A stretch of DNA of 64,000 nucleotides from Octopus vulgaris (taxonomy: Eukaryota). Under the pieces are notes generated by a model that saw only the letters and a list, made by a program, of their open reading frames with translations, did no database searches and was not told where the DNA came from. The position numbers and the translations under genes are program-made. Shown one piece after another: positions 54,093 to 64,000 of the stretch. Positions within the stretch are counted from its first letter, which is position 1, and every line of letters begins with the position of its first letter. Where the stretch lies: contig OX597814.1 of the NCBI GenBank assembly GCA_951406725.2, positions 126,356,001 through 126,420,000 of the forward strand. Direction: 5' to 3'.

Positions 54093-54560
54093 TATGTATA
54101 TATTCATGTGCGTGTGTGTGTGTGTGTGTGTGTGTAGCAAAAACATCATGGTGAAGCCATTCTTTGCTGTTTGAAAATACAAAAATGTGTTGTTAAGTCA
54201 TTTTGTTGTTTATTTCTTCAGATGACAAATTCTGTACAACATATCACTTACATAATTCTGCTGTAATTGTTAAAAATGTGTTGCTGATGAGATTTTATAG
54301 GCTTCAGGTGTTTTCTTTGCATTTGTTTTGTCTGTAGTACCTTGTACATGTATGTCTACTGGGTCTACTGTTTGGCTGTCATTTGATCTTTGACATGGGC
54401 TGGCATTAGCCACTTTTATGCCTAACTCCTCAGAATTCTCTTTCTATAGATATTGGATATTTTAGAAATTTCATTAACAATATTTTCTTTCCTCTTTTTT
54501 CTCTTAGTGTGAACTGGTTTTTAACGTATGCAGATGTCATTTTATATATATATATATATA

Positions 54561-54610
<50 letters not shown>

Positions 54611-54764
54611 TATGTTTGAAATATTTGCTTGTAGTATGAGGCTAATGAAATTAGATTATTGTGAAGTTGATGTATTTAACAGTATGTTTAAAAAGTTAAA
54701 AAAATATTAAATTATGATCTAGAAATAATATAATTGATAAAATCACACATATATATTTATATCT

Positions 54765-55790
54765 GTATGCACAACACTGCAGCAAGCTATCACATGCAGA
54801 CACCACACCTCAATGCAGTACAACCATTTCATATACATACTACACCAACACATATGAAAACACCTGTACTACAACACATCTGTCACATAGATATACCATG
54901 CTGCAACACAAATATTACATAGATACACCACACCATATTGCACTGCACCACAACCATTGCAGACAAACCGCACTACAATACCACTGTTAAAGAGACACAC
55001 AACACAACTGTCATATAGACTCACCACACAACATCATACAGCAGTGCAACTGTCACATAACCCCACCACACCACATTGCAGCACAACTGCCACATAGGCA
55101 CATTGTACCATATTGCAACATAACTTTCACATAGACACTTCACACTGGAGTACATCTGAAACATAGTCACACTACACTGTGACAGAGACTCAGTAAACAA
55201 CACTGCAGAGCAACTGTCACAAACACATCACACTGCGACACAACTACTATTAGACCCACCACACAGCACTAGAACACAACTGTGGCATAGACACAACTCA
55301 TCACACTGCAGTACACCAGTCAGACACACCACACTGTAACAAAACTGCTACATAGACACACCACACACCATTACAGCAAAACTATCACACAAGCATACCA
55401 TATCATACTGGATACCCTATGCTGTACTGTGAGACAACTGTTACATATACTCACCACATCACACTGCAACACAGCTGTCACATAGTCACTCTCTACTACA
55501 CCAGTATCACTACTACAACACAACCACTCTTCACATCACTACACTGCCATTACTACCACACAACCATCCCCTCCACTATTATCACCCTCCTCTGCACTAC
55601 CACTACCGCAATACATCACAACCACAGTCACCTTCCAGTATGCAACAACAATTACTACAGCACAATCACACTCCACTACCACAGTCACCCTCTATTATGT
55701 TACCACCATCAACACTACCACCCTCCACTACATAGTCACCCTTCTCCTACAGCAAAATCACTACCATAGCACTACACCACCACCTTGCAG
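54765..55790. repeat. Diverged ~32-bp CA-rich minisatellite grading into low complexity
   Basis: Units resemble cacaccacactgcaacacaactgtcacataga. Confidence 0.65.
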
Positions 55791-56429
55791 AGAGAAAAAG
55801 ATCATCCATACAAATCATACAAAGACAGAAAATATAAAATGAATTATTTTCAAATCATAAAATATGATTGTCTATTTTAATTATGATAGTTTATTTACAA
55901 TGATAAAGTTTGTATCAATAGAATTAATTTGTTTCTATTTTACTTCATTTCCATTCTATATTTCCTTATCAATTTACTTGTCTGTCCCCAATAAAAAAAA
56001 AAAATTGATAATTAAGATTTTGTATTGTTATTCCTCTTGAATTATATGAGAATTTCATAAACTGATGTCTTTTTACTCTCTCCTCAACGAACATTACAAC
56101 TTATATCTTTCATAAGCTATTAATTGAAACTCTTACAATAAAATTAATGTGAACTGCACATTTATTATCATATTATTATTAATTTTATTATTATTATCAT
56201 ATCATTATTATTATTATTATGATCATCATCATCATCATTATTTTTTATTGGTATTATTATGAGTATTATTTGTTTTTATCTCACCTTTCTTGTTTTTTTT
56301 TAATCTCACCTAATAATCTCTTTTTATTTATTCACAACAAATTGATGAACTTGAAATAATAGATTTGCGAAAAAATATTAAACTATAAATAAACAGCTTG
56401 AGCAACCCACTGCCAAACTATATCTTCTT

Positions 56430-56503
<74 letters not shown>

Positions 56504-56798
56504 ACATATTTGTGGCAGTCGATATCAGAATCACAAGACCACCAGATCAGATAGTCTGTCTTACAATGTTTAATTACTTCCCTTTATGTTCTGAGTTGAA
56601 ATCTTGCCAGGTTTGACTTCAAATTTCATCCTACCCATGGTCGACAAAATAAAGTACCACTCAAGTTCACCCTATACCTTCCCTCCTAAAAAAGAAGAAA
56701 ACATGTGACCTTGAAGCTCTCCTTAATCTTCAAACCTATGCCATTTTCGTAGCATCTTCATCATCCTCATCAGCATTAGCACCAGCATCATCACTTCC

Positions 56799-56832
<34 letters not shown>

Positions 56833-58489
56833 ACATTTAAATATTCATTTTTACAAGGCAGTGTAACTTGGATGGCATATCCATTCCACTTGATCCTGAA
56901 TAATTTTCTCTATAAAACCCAGCATGCTAAAACATAACCTCATCTATTCTTCCTGTGTCTTCCTTGATCTTGTTCTGCTATTTGTCCCTTCAGTACACTG
57001 CACTGCTACCACAGTACTTACCATATCCATACATTATCATATGTTAATATGAATGCAACCATAAACGTTTCAGGTGGCTTTTATTTTATTTCAACTTCTT
57101 GATATTTCAGTTGAAACTAGATGGTAAATCCCAAGGAAACTTGTGATGTTTTTCATAAGAAAAAGGAAATACAAATAGTTGAGAATAGTGGAGAATTTCT
57201 ATGCTGTGAGGAAGAAAGACAGTCTAGCATTTCTGACAGAACCCTTCCTCAGAGAGACATGAAATGTCAACTGGTGTTGATGGATAAATTGGGAATAGTG
57301 AGAGACAGGTAAAAAGAGAGAGAGAGAGAGAGAGAAGGAAGGAAGAGGGGGGAGTTGTTATAGCAGTGAAGAATTAGGGGGGAAGAGGTGATAGGGAAGG
57401 GGAAAGAGGCAACAAGTGTTAATGGACAGGAATGCAGACACAAGGGTGGTCAGTATGAGAATAAATAAAAGGGAAAGGAATGCCAACAGATTTGAAAAAC
57501 ATGAGGGAAGGAGAGAAGATAATGACAGGAAGATACTATACAGATTTAGAAACACATATACACTTATATATGTAAATACACTACACTCATGTGCATTGAC
57601 ATTCACATACATGCATGAATATAAACATACATGTAAATGCATGCAAGCATAAATCTATGTGAACATATAAACAGTATAGTTATACAGCCACACACACACA
57701 CACACACACATACATTTATCTAGTCACCCTCATATATGTATATATTCATGCATATACACATCCTTGGCCTTTGTCATCCTTCCCCCGCCACACACACACA
57801 CCACCACCACCACTACCCCTGCTGTCTCAATCATACCACTTTGTCTCGAAAAACCTATTTATCCCAATTCTGAGTACTCATATCACTCATGCTTCCTACT
57901 CTGAAAAGGCTGGTAAGCAAGCAGAGATGTGGAGTTATGAGTCTTATTGAGGACCTAGCTACTTCTCTTGTGCTAGTGTCAGGAAAAATGTACACAGTAC
58001 AGTCTGAAATAAGTGTGGTTTGGAGGGCTCTTAGCCATGTTGAGGACATGCTGCTGCCTCTCTTGTGCTGCTACCACGAAAAAGTGTACCCTGTACTTTT
58101 TGTAAAGTGGTTGCTGTTAAAAAGGGAAGAGTCAAAAATGAAACACAAGAAAGATTACCTGATATATCTGGGTGAGCAACTCTTCAGATATGTTCTGACT
58201 CTGACTGTGATAATGACGATACAAGCATTCATAATACTGCATGTAGATGTATAGCAATGTGCATTGCTATATATATAGATGTGACATGTATACGTTACAG
58301 CTTCAAGCAGACTTCATCAGTTTATTTGGATGAGGGCACAATACTCTGTCCAGCTATTTTGGCTATATAAATGGAATGCAAAACTTCTCATTTGTAGCCC
58401 TTTCACTCTACTACCAAAGGCCATGAGTAAACTGCTTTTTTTTTTTTTGCTTTTTTTTTTTTACAAGCTCTTATTTCAATGGCATACTG

Positions 58490-58690
58490 CTTGAGTAGTT
58501 GTCTTGTTGCAGTTATTCTTATGCTGCTTACATTCTGAGTTCAAATCCCCCAAGGTCAGCTTTGCTTCTTATCCATTCAAGATCTGAAAATAGAGTACCA
58601 GTTGAGTACTGGATCAATGTATTCAACTATTCCCCTTCTTTCAACATTGCTGACCTTGTGGCTAAAAGTCGAAATAGTATTTGTATTCTA
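58490..58690 (+). mobile_element. SINE family B
   Basis: cattctgagttcaaatcccccaaggtcagctttgc...gtaccagttgagtactggatcaatgta. Confidence 0.65.
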
Positions 58691-58699
58691 TTCTTTTAT

Positions 58700-59103
58700 T
58701 CTCTTACTTGTTTCAGTCATTAGACTGTGATCCTGGTGGGGCACTGCCTTGAAGAATTTTAGTCGAACAAATCCACCCCAGTGCTTTTTTTTTAAAGTTT
58801 AATACTTATTCTCTAGGTCTCTTTTGCCAAAATACTAAGTTACAGGGACATAAACACACCAACATCAGTTGTTGAGTGGTGGAGGGGGGTCAAACTTAGA
58901 CACAAAGACACACATGCACACACACATACAAACATATATATATGATGGACTTCTTTCAGTTTCCGTCCACCAAATCAACTCACAAGGCTTTGATCACCCC
59001 AAGGCTATAGCAAAACACACTTGCCCAAGGTGTCATGCAGTGAGACTGAACCCAGAACTATAAGGTTTGGAAGCAAACTTCTTACCACACAGCCAATGCT
59101 ATG
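58700..59103 (-). mobile_element. SINE family A, tail type 1
   Basis: Reverse complement of the 48944-49330 consensus. Confidence 0.85.
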
Positions 59104-59229
59104 CTTATATATTTGTATGTGTATATGTATACATATTTGAGAATGACTACGAAAATATGTCTCTGGTTATATTATTGTTTTTGTTTTGTTTATATATTCA
59201 TGTATTTTCATGTTTATATAAGTGTATGA

Positions 59230-59260
<31 letters not shown>

Positions 59261-59809
59261 GTGTTTCCTTCCCATTATTTCCTTTCCCTCAAACTTTTTG
59301 GAATCATTTGACATACCTTTTCTCCTTTCTCCAACCATTTCCTCACCCCTCCCCCATAATACTTGTTGCTCTGTTACCCCCTCCCCTAACAATTGTTACT
59401 TTTCTCCACCTCCTTTACCCCTCTTTCCTCTTCTCTTATTCTTCGCTATTATAGTAGTTTTTTTCCTCCTCTTTCTCACTAACTCCAATTTACTAATCCT
59501 TCAACAGCATTTGATATTTCATCACACTCCCACAGAGTATTCTGTCCTAGATGTTAGACCTTTCTTCCTGACTACAACAAAATGTATTTCACTATTTCAT
59601 GTGTTTCACAGATGTTCTCATCTATCCTTATAACAGCTCATGCTATCCATGATACTTCATACTATTATCTGATTTTACTTACTTTTTTTCTATTGTCCAC
59701 CATGTAGAAACATCTTTCTCCATACATCTCTCATACAAGTTCTCCTTGTGTTTGATAGATACCTGACAAGCAGCAGATGTTTTGTCAGGTATCTATTATA
59801 ATGGATACA

Positions 59810-60420
59810 CATCATCATCATTATCATCATTTAACATTCATTGTCCATGCTAGCATGAGTTGAACAGTTTAATCAGAGCTGGCAAGCTGGGGAGCTGCAC
59901 CAGACTCCAGTCTGATTTGGCATGGTTTCTAAAGCTGGATGCCCTTCCAATGTGTTCTGGGTGTTTTTACATGGTACTGCGGAAGCACTTTTATGTGGCA
60001 CCACATAGACACTTTTACGTGGCACCACACTGGTGCTTTTATGTGGAACCACACTGGTGCTTTTAAATGGCACCATCTCAAGTGCTTTCAACACCAGAGG
60101 GACTAGTCTTAGTACTTCTGCTGTAGAGTACAGGTCTTCTTGAGTACAGCAAGGTGCCAAGCATCTTAGTCCTTTGTCATCTCACCTGAAAGGTTCAGTG
60201 TTCTGAGCTCTTTCTTTAAGTACTTCATTACATGTCTTCCTGGGTCTCCCACTTCCCCATGTTCCGTCCACTTTGAGAGATCAACACTTCTTTATGGAGC
60301 TGTTGGCATCCATCCACATCACATGACCAAACCAGTGCAGTTTTTCTTTTGCACACAGCTATTCCTGTTATGCCTAACTTCTCTCTCAAAACACTAGCAC
60401 TGTCGAACATTTACACTTAT
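59810..60420 (-). mobile_element. RTE LINE 3' fragment with ORF C-terminus
   Basis: Minus strand LREKLGITGI, followed with frameshifts by LHWFGHVMWM and GSGRPRKT, then the common RTE 3' UTR and (tga)n tail. Confidence 0.8.
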
Positions 60421-60897
60421 TCAGCATTATAAATAGATTGGATTCAATCTCTGTTAGGAACTTTAGATGTCTTTTACTGTAAATTCAGATTAGCAAATGG
60501 CTTGTGAGTTGAATTTGGTGGACAAAAATTGTGCAGGACTCTACTGTATATCAATATATGTGTGCATATGTATATGTTTCTGACAATGTTGACATTCATG
60601 TTATGCCCCTTTATAGCCGGTAACTTAGCAGTTCAATGAACAGAGGTCAATAAAACAATTTCCAGGCTGTAATAAATATTACAGTTGAGTGTCTTTCATT
60701 GTCTGAAAACACTTATAAAGCAGTGCCTTGGCATGGCCACAGAAAGAAAATAAAAAGAATAGAGTTTTAGAATTATTGTGCGCTTATCTGTCTATTTTAA
60801 ATTACCCTATTTTAATGGAGTAATGAAATGTAATAGCTTGCATATGTCATCTGCATGAAAGACAATAAATTTGTGCTGACATATTTAATATAATGAG

Positions 60898-61588
60898 TCA
60901 TCATCATCATCATCATCATTTAATGTCCGTTGTTCATGCTGGCATGGTTTGGATGGTTTGACCAGGGCTGGCAAGCTGGAAGGTTACACCAGACTCCAGT
61001 CTGATTCAGCATGGTTTCTATAGCTGGATGCCCTTCCTAACACAACCACTCTGATAGTGTAATGGGTGCTTCTACACACCACCGGCATGGGTGCCATTTA
61101 CTTGGCATGATGGGTCATCTTCTCAAGCACAACATAATGCCAAAGGTCTCAGTCATTGTCTCCATGAAACCCAACACTTGGAAGGAACTCAGCCACTTTG
61201 CCTCTGTGAGGCTCAATGCTCGAAAGGAACTCACCTCTGTGAGGCCCAGTGCTTGAAAGGAACTCACCTCCATGAGACCCAATGTTCGAAAGGAACTTGC
61301 ATTCATGAGACCCAATGCTGAAAAGGAACTCAGCCACTTTGCCTCCATGAGGTCCAACACTCGAAAGGTACTCTTTACACACCACCAGCATGGGTGCCAG
61401 TTACATGACACCAGCATCAGTCACGACTATGATTTCACTTGGCTTGACGGGTCTTCTCAAGCACAGCATGTCGCCAAAGGTCTCGGTCACTAGTCATTGC
61501 CTCTGTGAAGCTCAAAGTTTGAAGACCATGCTTCACCACCTTGTCCCATGTCTTCCTGGGTCTACCTCTACCTCAGGTTCCCTCCATA
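60898..61588 (-). mobile_element. RTE 3' fragment with internal duplication and 30-40-bp tandem array
   Basis: (cat)n tail at 60898, ggaactca...gaggccca..act/gctc units at 61160-61370, and ORF-end sequence ccatgtcttcctgggtctacctctacc at about 61545-61572. Confidence 0.8.
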
Positions 61589-63566
61589 TTTAAAAATAAT
61601 GAAGTGAAAAGAAATAAACATTAGTTCAGTGATTGATAATTTCAGAAATTGTGAGAGAAAACTCTGGACAATCTTATTAAATTTCTTCATCAAAGCATAG
61701 ACTTCTTCACCATACCAAAGTAGTAAAAAGAGAATCTCTAAACACATGTACAATAATGTACATAAGCAGGTGCAAAAAATTAGCCTATTTAAAAATTAAA
61801 TCACTGACGTAAATTACTCAGAGGTGCCATCTACATGAAAAACCATAGTTAAGTTGATTTCAAAATATTTAATACAGTATGCATTTAAAAAATAAAATTT
61901 AATTTAACTTCCATCATAGCTGTCTACAACAACTTTTTGATCAGCACCCTCTGGTAATATGTCTGTTCAGAGTCATCTAGGAGATATAATAGATATCACA
62001 TTCATTATTCATGGCATCCTGAGCTTTATCATATTTATATCTTTCCTCACCTAAATTTAAAGTTGTGAGTGTATTATCAGGGCAATCATCACCTGGAACA
62101 CAAGAGCACTGATAAACTGCTGTCTTTGGTCCTTTTCCTTCGTATATAAAATGTTCAAGCCATGTGGATCAAATTTCAGAATTTCCCTAGAAATATTATT
62201 TCTCTCAGCCTGATGAGATTAGTATTCAGCCATGTGAATAAATGTGATTTAGTATGATGCTGTGTTCTTCAGAGACTGTTAATGTCCATTTTTAGAACAG
62301 ACAGAATCTTTAAACAAATTTCAAGTTTCGCTACTGCTGCCATGGTGCAATATACATGATCAAAGTGATTGAGAGTTAATGATAAATGCTCTACTTCATA
62401 AAAGACCCCACTCGAGGGAAACAAGAGAGTAACACGCGTATTCTAACAAATCTTTTCTTATAGATCCTCCTATAGGAATTCTCCCATCCTAGAAATAATC
62501 TTTGATTTCAATGATTATTTTCTTTACCTACCTCCTTCTACCCCATAGTGTTCATATTGTAAATCACACCAATACATTTATTGTACTTGATTCCCTATCA
62601 GCATACCTATGTTCGTGATACACCTCTTTTGTACTTATTGATTTTATTATCTATATATTTCCTTCCTGTAATACAGTAATACACAAACATTAATACGTTT
62701 TAATTGCTGAAGACTGCTCATTTTGCTTTTTCATGGGAATTATACTACTTATTCAATTACAGATTCTTAAGATCAGAATTATGAATGTTACTGTTTGTAC
62801 AGCTTTTTTATTTTCTTCCCTATGAAATTAGCTTATCAGTTTATTTTTACTGAAAAAGGAAATCATACATCGCACCCAGTTTCTTTGGCTGATTTCTTAA
62901 TATTACATATTCTTAGAATTGTCTCAGATATAAAAACTAAATATATATGTAAGAAAAAATGGGATGTGAAAAGTATTTTATTTGTGATATTTCTGAGAAA
63001 TAATGTCATTAAACACCTAAAAAATAGAACCAGACAACAAACACTATGCAATTATGAAATGATTGTAGTCCAAACATTGTAGTGAAATTCAATATGGAGC
63101 CAATTTTACTTTTGTTTTTCAAATCTTCTCATTTATTACTTTGATGATTTTTCTAGTAATTCAAACTGGAATCTGTACTTGGTCACATCAAATCATAAAT
63201 TAGTGGATGTTTATTATTTTGCCGCAAGAAGAATTTTGCAAATAAAACCAATTCTGTACTAACACCAAAAGCTTTATCTATAGTAAAATTTGTACTTGGT
63301 GCACTTTATAGTATTGACTAATAGTTATTTAGTTGTTCAAACTATATAATTTTCTCTTCTTTTATTCTTCTCATAAGAAATCATTTTGTAGAAATGCATA
63401 CTTACTAGAATTCTTATTTTAAATGGAACATTCATATTTAGAATGTTCTATTAGAGGTCACCATGTTGGTTATTTCATGGAATCCATTGAATTAGAATTG
63501 CAATAATAAAGATTTCTATAACATATTTTACCATTATTTATATTGTATTAATGCAAAACTTCTTAG

Positions 63567-63605
<39 letters not shown>

Positions 63606-64000
63606 CAGTCAAATGACTGAAACAAGTAAAAGAGTAATATAGGTACCCTAGTGACTTAATATACTGCAAACATCAACTAAATACTACCTTAATATTGCTT
63701 TTTTTGTCCTTTATTTATTTTGTTTATTTATTTTAAATTGAGTTTTCCCTACCAACCTTTATTATGTAATTGAAGACTTTATGTAACCAGAACCGCCATT
63801 TCCACTAGTCTTATTATAATGATTCTAATTGGTTGCCAGTGAGAAGTTAAATATTCTAAACCATCGATTAATGTTTGCAGCAAAGCCAGAATTCCTGAAT
63901 AAACCAGCAATCAAACTATTCTTGTCTTTAGCTACTATTTCAAATGAGTAATCTTTAGCATCAGTTGGATGTTATTTTATTATCAAATACAAGGTTATCA

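Noticed and set aside
54222-54307. Candidate next LRP exon after a ttcttcag acceptor
   Set aside because: Phase-compatible, but DDKFCTTYHLHNSAV has no LRP similarity and the donor is weak.
57121-57312. ORF ending near an AG|gtaaaa donor
   Set aside because: Phase incompatible with exon D, and no recognisable domain.
59067-59633. 188-aa hydrophobic ORF
   Set aside because: Made of a SINE end, (TG)n and pyrimidine-rich low-complexity DNA.
62200-62260. Isolated CTGATGA/CTGAAGA words (also about 1160, 12952, 34530, 54285, 58313)
   Set aside because: No stem II plus GAAA at correct spacing, so not called hammerheads.

Overview
AT-rich, microsatellite- and retroelement-dense animal genomic DNA. 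The repeat content resembles octopus/cephalopod DNA (inferred from recalled SINE/RTE families, not proven). The window lies inside one large + strand gene of the LDL-receptor-related (LRP) family. Four coding exons splice in phase through GT-AG introns (378-549, 41636-41764, 44104-44387, 46555-46692) and encode four YWTD beta-propeller blades plus the following EGF module. The first intron is about 41 kb. The rest is intronic: tRNA-derived SINEs, RTE LINE fragments, a Tc1 deletion derivative, an RLE-type non-LTR 3' end, Penelope-like element (PLE) remnants, and micro/minisatellites. Almost all supplied ORFs are microsatellite or repeat artefacts. The most notable signal is a set of minimal type-I hammerhead-ribozyme (HHR) motifs linked to PLE remnants. 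One sits in the loop of a perfect 116-bp foldback inside (TA)n, one is split by an RTE insertion with a target-site duplication, and two form a tandem pair. Also notable are a PLE endonuclease with TGA at a conserved Cys position and an unexplained T-shaped multi-hairpin at about 38.9 kb. All calls were made by eye, and repeat boundaries are approximate.
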